A DNA stretch of 64,000 bases from Eledone cirrhosa (Eukaryota): assembly GCA_964016885.1 (NCBI GenBank), contig OZ024740.1:189410001-189474000 (forward strand), given 5' to 3'. Positions 1 through 18,593 of this stretch are shown here, one piece after another (position 1 is the stretch's first letter; every line of letters starts with the position of its first letter). Under the pieces are notes generated by a model. That model was not told the origin of the DNA and ran no database searches. It saw only the letters and a list, made by a program, of their open reading frames with translations. The position numbers and the translations under genes are program-made.

Positions 1-35
1 TTTTTTGTTCATTTTTCTTCTTATTACAGTTGGGT

Positions 36-38
<3 letters not shown>

Positions 39-106
<68 letters not shown>

Positions 107-123
107 TATATATATATATACAC

Positions 124-187
<64 letters not shown>
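39..187. repeat. (TA)n microsatellite with occasional CA interruptions
   Basis: Directly visible dinucleotide array; representative of dozens of (TA)n/(TATG)n arrays across the window. Confidence 0.98.
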
Positions 188-190
<3 letters not shown>

Positions 191-856
191 GGTAACAAAT
201 GAAGCATTACAAAACAAAATGTTGACGTACCAATTTTCCAAATGGGTATATGGAGATATAGGAAAAAAATAAAGGAAACAAATATATATATGAACCAATT
301 TCCTTAAGTTATCCAGAGAGTTAAAAAAATATTCTGGGAGCTTTGGAAAAAATAAATAAATATATTTGAAAATAAAATAAAAAAAAACAACAAAAAACAC
401 AAACAGAAACAAAAATCCCAACCCAAACAAACAAAAGCAGAGATGGCAACAAAACAATCCCAAAGCAGCTATATTCTCCTCCTCTTCTTTCTCTTCCTTC
501 GCCTCTTCTCCATTCCAGATCTGGACTGAAACCCTTTCCCATCATGTGACTGTTTGAAAATGAACAACAACAACAATAACAAGAAAATAATGATAATAAT
601 AATGATAAAGTAATAAAGAAAGAAAGAACGAAAGAAAAGAACAAATTAAAAAGAAAACAGAAAAAATTTGGGGGAAAAGAAAATGTTACGTTATGTTTTC
701 CCCCCACTCCAGAACTCTTCCTTTGTTTATTAATTCATTTAAATTAGAGTTCACAAATGCTTGAACAAACAAACAAAAAAGTGAAAAAAATATGATGCTT
801 CTGATGTTCTATACTGTGAATAATTTGTTATTTGTTATCATTATTATTACCTATTA

Positions 857-891
<35 letters not shown>

Positions 892-1425
892 ATTATTTAA
901 ATTTTCATTATTATTATTATTATTATTATCATTATTATTATTTTTAATTGATTTTTTTATTTTTATTTTGGAAACAACATGGACACCAATAAAAAATATT
1001 TACTTTTAAGGTTGAAAAAATATATATATAAAATAAAGAAATAATAAAAGTGTTTAAATATATACAAAGTCTAAAATATCTTTGAATTTGACATCTGGCC
1101 AGTCATATATTTCCACCGGGAGAAGAAAAAAACATCAATAACAGCAAAAAAAAAAAAGAAACAAAAAATGATGGGAAAGCATTTACATAAATACTGTTAC
1201 AGAACAACCAAATTAGATTTGGAATAAAAATACTATGGAGTATAGGGTGACAGTACTTTATACATTATTTGATTGGTTTTCAGTTAGTAGTTGCTTTTAT
1301 GGCCCACTTCTAAATCATTTAGTATTGCAACTGCACACACACACACCATCATATATATATATATATGTGTATATATATATTTGTGTGTATACGTATATAT
1401 ATATATATATATATATATATGCATG

Positions 1426-1463
<38 letters not shown>

Positions 1464-3605
1464 CATATACACAAGTATGTATTTTTATGAGTTAAGAACA
1501 CTTCTGGAATTTTGTTTTACTCCCAGATTGCTAGTGTACAAGTTCAATTATTTCTGGTACTTATTTCTCTCAAGTATACATACAAGACAACAGTATAATT
1601 TTAACTTTTGATAACACTGGCTGTAATTTTAGGGAAAAACAAAAATCTTGCAAACATTCTGCAAAAGGAAAAATAAACATATACATTATATATATAAGTG
1701 AATTTAAGTCCTCATTTCTTTTTTACATTTAAAATTTTCAGCTTATTATTATTATATATTTTCATATTCATTGCATAATTAAAACCAAAAAGCAAATACA
1801 ATTACTATAAAATACAATGAGTACATTAATCAGTGACTAGAAGCTGTGTTATCCACTAAAATATGTTGCTAATTTCTTCTTTTTTACCTCACTGTTAAAC
1901 TTTGAGATGTGGCATTGAGCTACTAACAAGATTTGAAGGAAATCATAAAATAAAATAAAAATGACGCAAAAGAAGGAAAGAATGATAGTGGATACATTAC
2001 TAAAAACACATTAACGTTATAATAATAATAATTGTAGTTTCTTAATTAGGTATACTCACGTGAACACTTGGGAAATAATTAATTGCAGAATTCAATCATA
2101 CTGTTATCAAATTGCATTAGAATGGAAACAAAATACAGACTTCTTATTTTGGCTTTAAGCCTCAAATTTTGACAATAAGAGGAAATAGTCTAAACTGTAT
2201 TTGTAGCCTGTCCCAGAGTGTTACTCAATTAATTGAATGTGATTAAATCTGGGTATTGAAACACATTTGAAGTGTTAGTTTTCTAAGGAATGATCCACTA
2301 TGATACATAATACTACGTCCATCACACACAACACTAATAATTGTTTTTAAAATCCTGCCCTAGAATTTGTCCTACTTCAATGAAAAATCCTCATCTTACA
2401 TTCATGCATATGATGCAATTGAGATGCTGCTCCAGTTGACACATATCTTTATCTGACAGTGCAGGCCTCTCACTGTTATCTATATTCTGAAATAGTTGTT
2501 TCACACTATGAGGAACCAAGTAACAGAAGGTGGATTTTGAAGTCAGAACACAGAGATGAATCAGATGGCAAAATCATATAATCTAATGCTCTAAAAATTC
2601 CACCAAACCATCGCTCTGGACTGGTACTTCATTTATCAATGAAAGGTGAAATTAACCCTGGTGGTATTTGGAGTCAGATGCAGAGAGCTGGAAAAACTAT
2701 CAACAAAGCATTCTGCCTGATGCTCTAATAACTTTGAAAAGTTGTTCCCTTTAGTACTAATAATAATGATAGTAATGTATTATAAGAATTAATATGAATG
2801 TCATAACAATGAAAATAATACTAATTAATATAGTTATCATAATTAATATTATCATAAATGTTATGAATTATTATAGATATTTTATTCTTATATTAGAAAT
2901 ATAAAGACGATAATGATTTAAAACCATTTGTGTATAGAGGGAAAAGATTAAATAATGAGCACAATTGTATTTAATCATTAGGGTTCTAAAGGTAAACAAT
3001 ATCTAGTACAAGGTTATATGTTTTGTGTTTCTAAGTTCAAATTTTAGCTGGTGGCACTGTTCTTATTTTCCTCCTTGCTACACGTATGTGACAGCAATAT
3101 ACTGGAAATAAAAAGTAAGCCAATCAATTGTACCTCAACTCTGACCCCAACTTACAAAATCGGAGCCTTACACCAAAGAAAAAAAGCAATCTACAGATAT
3201 TAGCATTATTATGAGCTTCAATATAATGATTGTTATGTTAAAAATAATAAGTTATTGTTAGAATTCAATATTATAGATGACTGTTGTTGATCAGTATTAA
3301 TATTTAAATTCCGGAAAAGTTTTACAAGACACATTTTCTTGCATTCTAATTACCTTTAGTTATGTTTATTTTGTTATGTTTCTCTTTGAAACAATTTACA
3401 AAACATACAAATAGCAAAAAAACATTATTCCATAACCTTTGTTCTTTACTGAATTGTTTCATGTTTTAATATTCCTTAACTATTTTTCTTGTTTTGGTTT
3501 TCAATCCCAAAATATCATGTTACTGATTTTTTCGTTTTGCACCAAAGAGCTAAAAATACAAACGTACATACATACTTAAAAATAAACACACACACCCTCC
3601 CTCCC

Positions 3606-3685
<80 letters not shown>

Positions 3686-4813
3686 GTATGTATGGATATA
3701 TGTATGTACATATATATATATGCCTCTGTATTTATGTATGTGTATATATTTAAGAGCAAGTTAAATTGACTTTTCAGTTTTAACTGTTCAATAAGCTAAA
3801 ATGAACAAATGACTGTGAGATAATATGTTGGCTGAGACTGAACTTATCAATAATAATAATTTTGATTGTATTTTGTGGATAAAATGAAAACAAAATCCCC
3901 AAAACTTTTGATATGTTGCTGGCTGTTTTTTCCATTTGTATTATATAATAAATTTATTTAGCTTTTCATATTTTTCTCCATTACCTCCTCCATTAAATCA
4001 TTTGGTAAATTCTCACATATATTTCATGTATAGGGATACTCACTAAGTTAACAAAAGTTTTTGATTATAAATCTAAAATATCTTCTGAGAAACATTACAC
4101 CGTATAGATGTATACTCAGAGCAAGCTGTCTATACAATCCAGTTTTGAGACCTGGTTGTAGTCATTTGATTCTCTTGTGTCGGAAATGTCCTTTGAAGCA
4201 AGACATCAATATTTCACAACTTATTTCTATTTTTCTATTGAAATTGATTCTTATTTAAGAGATCAATATCCATCATTTAGGTTTTGTTACAATATAGAAA
4301 TTTCTTTATGAAAGTATTGATCACTAAAGCATCAAAATGATTACCAAATCAATTGCTCATGGTTGGGCCACAACTAGAATGAGCAGCCAAAAAAAGTGAA
4401 GTATGAACTTTTCATTCCTGAGAAATTAAAGTTTATCAGTTCTGAAGTGTGGACGTGATAATGTTTTTACTTTTCAGAGATGAGCCAGTAAGCTTCAGGT
4501 GTTTAAGGGCACTCAGATGGTTCATTACCTCAGCTGTCTTTATAAGGCTGTGAGCTTGCACTTATTAATCCACATAACAGTCATATAAGGCAATACATGG
4601 AGCTGGCATAAGGAAACGTATCTTGCAATAAAACACTGCCTAAAAAACCCATTTAATCCAGGTCAGAATTGAAGCGAGGGTGTAAATAATAATAATAATA
4701 ATAATAATAATAGATTTTAACGATAATAATCCTAATGAGAATAATGTAAGGACAATGATAATTTTAAAAATGATGTTAAAATTGGGAATCAAGTATCAAA
4801 GAATTTATGTAAA

Positions 4814-5507
<694 letters not shown>

Positions 5508-5534
5508 AGAATCTTGAGTTGATCTATTGCGTCG

Positions 5535-5790
5535 GTTGAAGCAAGTAGAATTTTGGCTGCTTACTAAAGCGTATCGACACAAACAAAGATAACACACACA
5601 CAAACGTATACACATAAACAAACGACAGCTTTGGGGTAAGCAGTATTTTGAATGCTTACTAAATCGTAGACACATAAAAAGCTAACACACACACAGACAC
5701 ACACACAAACACACGACAGCTTTGGGGCAAGCAGAATTTTTACTGCTTACTAAATCGTAGACACATAAAAAGATAACACACACACACAAG
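5535..5790. repeat. Degenerate ~90-bp tandem repeat, about 3 copies
   Basis: Recurrent ...aagcag(t/a)attt...tgcttactaaa(t/g)cgta(g/tc)acac...taacacacac units near 5540, 5630 and 5720. Confidence 0.8.
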
Positions 5791-6042
5791 ATATACTAAA
5801 TGGGGCTTTGACCGGGAGGGGCATTTAGAGGGATTTTTTTTTTGGGGGGGGGGGGGGTAAGGCTGCACAGCCCCATTTCCACCATGGCGCTTGGAGTGCA
5901 TGCTCTGCTTTCCTGATTACCCTTTGCCACTGTTATATATATATACCTATATATATACATATATATATACATACATATATATATATACCTATATATAGAT
6001 ATATATACATATATATACATATACATATATCTATATATACAT

Positions 6043-6078
<36 letters not shown>

Positions 6079-6366
6079 ACATATATATGTAAATATATAT
6101 ACATATATTTATATAAATATATATATACATATACATATATTTATATAAATATATAAATACATACACATATTTATATAAAAAAAAATATATATATATACAT
6201 ACACATATATATATTTATATATACATATATATATATATTTAAACATATATATACATGTAATTATGAATAATATATATATATATATTTATATATATATATA
6301 CTTATACATGGATTTATATATACATATGCATATATCTATATATACATATATATTTATATATATATA

Positions 6367-6518
6367 GGACTGCTAATTCTGGACTCAGTTTGCCGTCGAA
6401 ACGGCTTGAGCTCTGCCGTCAGGGTCATACTTGTTCTTATTACCCACTCTACTACCGTAAGTACTATTGAGTACTTTGGTGTGTTATGGTCCATCTGGTT
6501 CCTTACCATATCTCGTTA
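6367..6518 (+). mobile_element. Orphan PLE terminal (pLTR) fragment with the 3' part of a hammerhead; copies at 10957-11091 and 31170-31331
   Basis: Hairpin (stem II) followed by GAAA-CGGC...GCCG-TC (stem III + GUC). Three dispersed homologous copies, all bounded by (TA)n; the CUGANGA strand is missing. Confidence 0.6.
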
Positions 6519-6668
6519 TATATATATATACACACACATATATACATATACATATATTTATATATATATACATATATTTATACATATATTTATATATATA
6601 TACATATATTTATTTATATATATATATATATGTGTACATATATTTATATCTATATATATATTTTTTTA

Positions 6669-6885
6669 GTCGATCGACTTTCGTCAAATCGGACCGAGGA
6701 AACAATGATTCCGTTGGTCTTTCGTATTGCTAATACTATCTATCGGTCGCAACTCCAGGTAGAAGGAGCAACGTGAAATAAAGTGTCTTGCTCAAGGACA
6801 AAACGCATCGCCCGGTCCAGGAATCGAACTCACAACCTCACGATTGCGAATCCAGTTCTCTAGCCACTTAGCCACACGCCTTCAC
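6669..6885 (-). mobile_element. tRNA-derived SINE (family 1)
   Basis: Minus strand reads GTGAAGGCGTGTGGCTAAGTGG (A box) ... GAGTTCGATTCC (B box) ... CCTTGAGCAAGACACTT (CORE-like); four homologous copies in the window. Confidence 0.85.
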
Positions 6886-7154
6886 ATATCCATATATATA
6901 TAGATATAAATATATGTACTATTTCAATCATATCTTATTTTGTTTGACCCGTTTAGCTTGTTCGCTTATTTGGCTCTGGTGGTTAATGTCTTCTTAAACC
7001 TCGTCTCAGCTTGTATGACCTTTTTAACTTATGTTTATAGGTCTGGTCTCTTCATATCTATGGAGCGCTTGTCTACACATTACGGAAGTTGCGTTTCACT
7101 AATTTCTACGCGCTGAAATGCGATACTCACTAAATTTATATTTATATATCTATA

Positions 7155-7198
<44 letters not shown>

Positions 7199-7415
7199 TA
7201 TGTATATGTATGTATATATATATATATAATAAAACAAGTATTTCTAAGCACTCTTTGGTTATTCCTAAAGTTATAACGGCTCTGTAGTATACTAGTTATC
7301 CTACCTCGAGCTAAAACCACACTGTCATATCAAGGACAATATATGTGTGTCTGTCCACGTTAATATACTTGTCAAAGAAACCATATATGTATATATATAT
7401 ATATATATATATACA

Positions 7416-7521
<106 letters not shown>

Positions 7522-7569
7522 AATATATTTATATATATATCTATATATATGTATACATATACGCATATA

Positions 7570-7616
<47 letters not shown>

Positions 7617-7684
7617 ACATGTATACATATACGCATATGTATATATATATATATATATATATACTTATATATATATATTTACAT

Positions 7685-8281
<597 letters not shown>

Positions 8282-8325
8282 TCATATAAATATTAACAAC
8301 ATAGATATTCTTGTGATCAATTAAC

Positions 8326-8388
8326 TTTTATTATACATATTTCAGAGGTACTGACTCAAGTTCAACAGTGCGTCCTCATCAGATAAAA
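8326..8388 (-). ncRNA. Type I minimal hammerhead ribozyme
   Basis: Minus strand: TTTTAT-CTGATGA-GGACGCACTG...CAGTACCTCT-GAAA-T-ATGT-A-TA^ATAAAA (stem I, core, stem II, 1-bp stem III). Confidence 0.85.
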
Positions 8389-9104
8389 TAAAATGATACA
8401 TGACATACCCTGACATGTTAGATGGTTAAGATTTAATCAAGGTAGTGATTAACCTATGAGAAAACTCAATATTTATACCCTAATATTAAGAACATGCGAA
8501 AACGTAATAGAATCAATAGAGAGAGTGTGAGTAAGAAAAACATTGCCTTAATGCAACATTTATAAATTTTTTAAAATTTGAAATACTACTATAGAACTAT
8601 AGAAGAAGACGTATCTGGAGTTATAATTTATTTAGTATTTAGCTTGAGAAGACAACTGACAGATAATTAAAGAGAGGGAGAGACAAAGGGGAGTAAATTA
8701 TGCTAAAATGTTCTTTAGACACACATAAAAACATATAGCTTTGGCGGTTAAATTTCAAAATATTTAATTTATGTTATTTTAGGGTAAATAATAAAAATTT
8801 TAAGTTTTAAAAGTTGATGGTTATTTGTATTAATTTTATAATATAGTTGTGTTAAATTTCTAAAATTCAATGTTTTATGAAAACAAATTTAAAGGATTTA
8901 CGAGGCCCGCGAAAGAAAAAATATAATGTTCAATATTCTCACAAAGGCAATGTTTTTCTTACTCACACTCTCTCTATAGATTCAATTACGTTTTCGCATG
9001 TTCTCAATATTAGGGTATACATATTGAGTTTTCTCATGAGTTAATCACTACCTTCATTAAATCTTAACCATCTAACATGTCAGGGTATGTCATGTATCAT
9101 TTTA

Positions 9105-9167
9105 TTTTATCTGATGAGGACGTACTGTTGAACTTGATTCAGTACCTCTGAAATATGTATAATAAAA
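9105..9167 (+). ncRNA. Type I minimal hammerhead ribozyme
   Basis: TTTTAT-CTGATGA-GGACGTACTG...CAGTACCTCT-GAAA-TATGTATA^ATAAAA; stem I TTTTAT/ATAAAA, AUA cleavage triplet. Confidence 0.88.
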
Positions 9168-9350
9168 TTTAACTGATCACAAGAATATCTATTTTGTTAA
9201 TATTTGAATTCATATTAATAACTCTGGAAAATATCCATTGTAGAGTGCTTCCAATCTACTGTAAAACTCATTCTTTGATGTACTCATTGAATCTTGTTTA
9301 ACTCTTTAATATGTACATATATTTATACATACGTATATATATATATATAA

Positions 9351-9466
<116 letters not shown>

Positions 9467-9794
9467 GTTTACGGAAAAAATGAAACGAAATTTCATTTCT
9501 CACCTTTAGTACGGCTGTTACTTAAATATAAGTATGTATACGTACATACATATATGTATACAGACGTACGGTAGTATGTATATATATATATACATACATG
9601 CCCACATATATATATGTACGTATGGATTCACCGAACATTTATTATAATGCTTGGGATTTTGTTTACAAACACACCGAGCATTATAATATATGTTCGGTGA
9701 ATCCATACGTACATATATATATATGTGTGCATGTATGTATATATATATACATACTACTGTACGTCTGTATACATATATGTATGTACGTATACAT

Positions 9795-11420
<1,626 letters not shown>

Positions 11421-11446
11421 TCTTTGCAAATTCATAGAGTAAAATT

Positions 11447-11494
11447 CCATCATGAATAGATTTTAGACCATGCCGTCTCATCTTCAGGATGATG
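11447..11494 (-). ncRNA. Degenerate hammerhead-like motif
   Basis: Minus strand CATCATC-CTGAAGA-TGAGAC-GGCATG-GTCT-AAAA-TCTATTC^ATGATG; G of GAAA is lost and stem I is offset by one base. Confidence 0.45.
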
Positions 11495-11890
11495 TAATGA
11501 TGAATATTGTCACCTTTAGCAGCCAGGGTCAATCAACTTATTATAGACATTACAACCATAATTTTAATTATGACAGATGTATATGTGTTTAAACTGGTAA
11601 TTGTTTTAATTTTGTCTGGTTTGTATTGTCCATGTTTTATTTTGGCGATGTGCTGTACTTAGATATGTAGCACCATGGTGGCGAGTTGGTACTAGTTTCC
11701 ACTCACAGGTAAAGTTGTGGCAATATGCACACGTTGATATGGCTTATCATACCTGGTAACCCATGTGGGTGAGGTACAAAAATGTCTTTGCACCTGTTGA
11801 GAAACGTCACTAAACTACTGGGTGCAATGCGAGCATTGATTCAATTATTTACACACGCATATTTACACATTTATACACAGCCAGTTATTA

Positions 11891-11926
<36 letters not shown>

Positions 11927-12626
11927 TAAACGGAATAGAAAATGCTGACAAATTGTTCACAGTTGAAAAATGGTTTAATTAGGAATAAAAGAGTATTAGT
12001 GATTGTATGGGTTAGTATTCAGTTGTGGTTTTAAGTTTTTAAGTTTTTTCCAGAATGAGAACTTTCTGTCTCTGAGGGATTTGTTCCATTTTGGAATTGT
12101 TCGAATTTTCATTTTGTGTGAATCAATCTCACATGGTTCTTCGTTGGTTTTTCCTGGGTTGGTAGTAGTGAACATAGTTTGGATAGTATCGCAAAGGTTT
12201 TGGAGTTTGTCGCCGATTTCGGCGTGTGTGTATGTGTGTGTATGCAAACATAATATATACATACACACACATTTCTACATATATATGTATGCATCAATAT
12301 GGAGATATGTTGTGTCATATCAATGAAACAATTATAAGAGCATTTTTCTCCGTTGGGAAGATGATATTAAAATGTGAAAAATTGTTGAGTTTAGTTTCAT
12401 AAAAGTCTGAAGACACTCCCAGAACAATTGGCAGTTAGGTTTAGATATATGTTACTGATTAGTAAATGGGTATATTTAATTTGTTTTCAATGTTATCTTA
12501 GGGACAAAATTATTCAATTTACTTGTTAATCACATTCTTCACTTGGGAATTATGTTATGCATATGGGGCTGATTATTAATGTTATTGTTTGAACAAAATG
12601 GTTTAAATAGAACTCACACAAACATT

Positions 12627-12679
<53 letters not shown>

Positions 12680-12854
12680 GCATATATATATATATGTATG
12701 TATACACATACACATATATATATATGTATGTATATGTATATTTATACATATATATATATAGGTATATATATATATATGCAGATAATGAAATACCTATATA
12801 TATATATATATATATATATACATACACACACTCATATATATAAATGTATGTATG

Positions 12855-12888
<34 letters not shown>

Positions 12889-13436
12889 CACATATATATG
12901 TATGTATGTATGTATGTATATATATATGTGTGTGTGAGTATGTATATGTATATATGTACAGACTTGTAGATAATTAAACAAGTAAATAGCATACCTATAC
13001 ATAAATATTAATGTGAATATCTTTCTCTCTCTCAACCTCTATCCATCATTCTTTTCATCAATATATGTATCACATCGTTCTCCCTCTTTCTCTCCCTATA
13101 TTTATATGCATACACTTTCATTAACATAGTCTCACCAGGCATAGAAGTGGGCTAGCGAGAGAAATAAATTAAGTATAGAAGAAAAGAAGATAATTGCCAT
13201 ATCACTAAAATACTTTAATATCAAAAAAGAGGTAAGAGAAATGGTTGTCTTCTACAAGATATGAGCAAAACGTATCTTGAAAGACATTGGACTATACAAT
13301 TTTTCACACATATCAAATCTTGGTGGCTATCAAGTGACAAAACTTTATAGCAAACAATATCAAAACTGATTATATGCTTATATAAATATAGGTGTACATA
13401 TAAACACCCCCCCCCCACACACACGCACACACACGT

Positions 13437-13485
<49 letters not shown>

Positions 13486-13591
13486 CATATATATGTATAT
13501 ATAAATATATATATATATACACATATACATATATATATATACATTTATATATGGATAAATATATACATATACATATGTATATATGTAAATA

Positions 13592-13647
<56 letters not shown>

Positions 13648-13718
13648 GATAAATCTACCAAGAGTTTACGGTAGTGTCCAATCCGTATGAAGAACTCAAT
13701 GTAATCCGGATATCATGG

Positions 13719-13776
<58 letters not shown>

Positions 13777-14135
13777 ATATATACATATATTTACACCTAT
13801 AACTCTATATAAATACCAATTTTAATCATTCAATAGTTTAGTAATGGAGTTTTTCTGTAGTAAGAAACAAGCTAACATACAATGCAACATTTAAGCAAAA
13901 AAATAGACTTAAAACCTTGCCAGAACAGCTTATGGATATATTTTTTGTACAATGCTCATATGAAAATATTTATATCTCATGAAACACATATTTAAAGTGC
14001 AGAAACACATACTAAATACAAAAGAATAGAAAAACAACCACAATGAAAATGAAGACAAACAATCAACGTTAGGTTTACATACATTCATTCATACACTATA
14101 TATATATATATATATATAATATATGTATGTATATA

Positions 14136-14215
<80 letters not shown>

Positions 14216-14549
14216 TTGTATATATATATATTTGTGCATATGTATATGTATATATATATATGTAATTATTACAATGTTCATGATGATGTACTATGCGGAT
14301 GCAAGTTAAATGAGTATCAGAGAGACAATTTTTTGGAGTGCTGGAACTTTCCGTGGGTTGAATGATATCACACATATGAATGATATCACACATATCTTTC
14401 CTTCTTAATTGCTGTAGCCTATCAACTGTCCAGGCTCCCCCTTTTTTCTGTTTTGACATGCCAACTTTGGATACAACACTGTTGAATTAAAAAAAAATCT
14501 GATTAAAAAATTACTTTCACTAGTGTATTTGACTTCAATTACTTTAAAT

Positions 14550-14604
<55 letters not shown>

Positions 14605-15311
14605 ATTATATTCATTTGAATTAGTCACCAGAGATAAATTTACAAAATCTATGATTTTATGATAAATGTAATTTATTGAGTTTTTAAATTCATGAAAATA
14701 ATAGTTACTCAGTTTGGAAACAAAGACAAAAAGAGAAAAGAAAAAAGAAAAAAAAAAGGTTAAACAAATAATACAAGAACTTAACTTTCTAGAAGATAGT
14801 TATAAAATAATTCTGAATAATAATATATTAATTTATATATATATTCTCACCTGAATGTGTGGTTGTAATCACTAAAGAAAAATTCCTCACATGTAATTAT
14901 ATATGTAAATATACTATAATGCACGAAGTACATGGCAATTCTAAGGTACGGAAGAAAACTTCAGAAAATTCCAAATAATAGCTTAGAAGGTATATGCCAA
15001 TTTGTCATTTTCTTTATATATATATATATATACACATTTTAGTACAGCATCAACGAAGATTTTGGTAGCCGCCAAGCTAACGAATGCAGTTTCGGTGTGC
15101 AGCTAAGCGCTCAATGGAGAATATTACCCCAGAGTTATAACATTAAGTTTAGACAGCTTTGCAAATCAAATACACCGACCGACAGACGTGCCGCAGAGAC
15201 CATAGCGACGAAAAAGCTGAACTCGGGAAAACTGTTATATATATTTATATATACATATACATTTATATATACATATATATATATATTTATATATATATAT
15301 ATTTATATATT

Positions 15312-15450
<139 letters not shown>

Positions 15451-16025
15451 ATATCAAATGTGAAGACTAAAATCCTTAGAGGGCACGATAAAAATTATAT
15501 ATATATAAACCTGTCGAGCAAATATTTATTATAATAACAGATTAATGTTTAAGCAAAAATCGCTGCTTTCACCCTTATATATATATATCTATGTGTGCAC
15601 GTACGGTTTGATAACACTCTTAATACTATGATATTAATTCACCCAGTGGCAACATCTCTTTTTATTCATACATCTATCTCTCACAGTCCCATCCCAGCTC
15701 TCTGTTCATACATCTACCTCTTTGTTTTACTGCATGTGGCGTTTACATTGCATTCCAGTTAGTTGTTTGTTGTCCATAGTTGGATGAAGACGCAGCATGC
15801 TGTTTGCTGCAAGCTTTCGACCTCTTGGTGCCTGCTGCTCCTATAGTGGGGGGATTAACTTAGGCTACCAACCCCCGTTGCATGAGTGCCTTTAGAGGAT
15901 TTCGTTTGTCACAAGCATTCAAATTAGGTCCATTGTTTGAGGATACATTCCACTCTCCCACCAATTTTGGTGTTCCTAGAAATATGTTCAGGTACTCTTT
16001 GTCCTCCTGACAATGCAATAAAGCA

Positions 16026-16184
<159 letters not shown>

Positions 16185-16205
16185 TATATATAACATATAT
16201 ATAAT

Positions 16206-16263
<58 letters not shown>

Positions 16264-16296
16264 TATATATATAATATATATATATATATAATATAT

Positions 16297-16367
<71 letters not shown>

Positions 16368-18354
16368 TCACCAGTTCTGATGGCTGAAGAATCCAATTCA
16401 ATATGGTTAACTTTTAGAAATGGCAGCACACAATATTCCCAGTGCTTCTGTTTCTAGAGCAACTTAATTTCCAAATTCTAAGCTTCTGATTGTCACATTG
16501 GCCAATCAGAATCTTTATTCAAATTTCACATTGTCCTGATAATTTTCATTAGTTAATTTCGGAAGAACTGTGGGCATCCTTAAGTCGTACAATTCTTTAA
16601 AATCAGCATCAGGGGGAAACTTAAAAGAAAATACTTCCATTGCATATATAATGCATTGCAAGCATAAATATTTTAATTATTTTATTGCACCCAAAAGAAT
16701 ATATATGAGTTATTGATTGTTACTAACATGTATCAGTCATTTTTGCTCATGATATTTTGTCTGAGAGAACTCTTGGGCTTGTATGAGCATTTATACATCA
16801 CCACCAAAATGTTTATGATTGATTTATTCTCTGAGAAGCTAAGATGTAGCTTTACTATGATACGAAAAGTGTGGAGGAACATTTCACTGATATTCTAAGG
16901 TTTCACCTATTTCCTTATACCAAGATTTCTAGTTTCAAACCATTGTCTCCGACAAAACCTCAACAGCTTCCCAACATTTTCTATTAAAACACCAAAGTTA
17001 AGCAGAGCTGCAAAAGTTATTTAATTTCAAAATCAGTATTTCCAATAAAATGTTGATATAAGTTTTAATCTCTTTAAAATACAATTGTAATTATGGTATA
17101 TTTGAAGATCCAGGTAGAGAAGTTATTGGACAGCTGACGCATGGTTATAAAGCATGTAATCTTTCATTGTATAAAATACAAGTTTACTTGCCTCACGATA
17201 GAAATTATTTTAATCTTAAATTTAGAAAATTTCGTAGAGACTGATTGAAGTGAAAACATTTATTTCGATAGTTAATAGTAAGAACATATTCAAATAATAT
17301 TCACAGGAAACAAAAATTAAAATTTCAAATATATTAAATTGAATCTGTTTATTTAGGAATAATAATAAGTGTTATATATTTTAAAGATCAAATTTGATTA
17401 CCAATCAAATTAGGCCATCTCACAAATGTTGTTATGTCCACAATAAAATGGAGAGATTTTGTACATTTATTTCTATAAGTGTTTTGTTCGTTTGGATGCT
17501 TGACATTTTGGTGACTTCTCAGCACAACTGAAGAATACCCCGCACAATAATTTTTACCTGGATGTAAGAGTAAGTATTGCTGTTATGTTTGATCAATTAC
17601 CGTTTTTTCACTCATTATACTCTGCTGTCCGTTATCTAATTAGTAAAGGTAATATATATGCTAATTAAGTGTAAGGAAGATTTGGTATTAGACCAAATAA
17701 AGGACTGTAAGCCATCTAATGACTCAACAACAAATAGGTTTCATGTGGTAGATCGTCATTCTAAAAATAACAGGTAAGGATTATTATGGCTGGAACGCTT
17801 TTGGATAAAGGTCTGTTAGATTAGAGCGGACATATGGCCAAGCAACAATTATAGCTGTTCACTTGTGAACCATGGATATACAGAATCTTCTAAATATGCT
17901 CACGTAAAAAAACAACAAAATGCATTCTACCTACACGCATATCAGAAAGATCTATACTCGCATTCCAAACAGAGAAAATATCGTAAATGAAACTCGCATT
18001 GAAATCTTAATTTATTGCTCTGGTTGTTTGTTTCTCGTTCATCTTCCATGCCTGTCAGTTAATACTTAACACATCCCAGATTGGTGCACATGCTATTAAC
18101 AATTCTAACTCATTAAATAAACATGCACTGTAGTAATGATATTTGCTTCGGATACAACATATTCACTTTATCATTGAATATATACATATAGCTTAAACTA
18201 TAATATGAAGGCTGTATTATATGGCCTCAGTTAGATGGTATGCTCTCTAAACGTAATAGATATTCTTGCCAGACATCATAAATCTGGCTGACATAATTAA
18301 TCAATCTGTGAGTGTAACACATTGTAGCAATTTCGACGTAGGTCATTAAAAAAA

Positions 18355-18593
18355 ACGAATCGATCGACGAGATCCCAGACCTCATTCGCTTACCTAGTGG
18401 GGTGGACCTCGTCAAATCTGACCAAGGAAACAATGTTTCCATTGGTCTTTCCGGTCACAACTCCTGGCAGAAAAAGACCAAAGAGGAATAAATGTCATAT
18501 TAAGGGCATAACTCATCGCCCGGTTCGGAAATCGAACTTGCAACCTCACGATTGCGAATCCAATTCTCTAAATGCTAAGCCACGTGCCTTCAC
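18355..18593 (-). mobile_element. tRNA-derived SINE (family 1), diverged copy
   Basis: Homologous to 6669-6885 (cgtcaaatc..gaccaaggaaacaatg..tcgcccgg..aatcgaac..gccacgtgccttcac). Confidence 0.75.

Larger units (their letters stand above)
8288..9206. mobile_element. Inverted pair of PLE terminal repeats (arms 8288-8549 and 8944-9206), each with a hammerhead
   Basis: ~260-bp arms are reverse complements with scattered mismatches; no ORF in the spacer; flanked by (TA)n. Confidence 0.85.

Noticed and set aside
188-4800. Possible host gene 3' UTR or exons
   Set aside because: A-rich unique sequence, but no convincing ORF or splice structure; cannot be supported without transcript data.
5535-5790. 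CRISPR-like repeat-spacer appearance
   Set aside because: Only about three degenerate copies with CA-repeat spacers, eukaryotic context, no cas genes.
14846-14900. Possible minus-strand exon ending in CAG|GTGAG
   Set aside because: Isolated donor-like site with no supportable acceptor or recognisable peptide.
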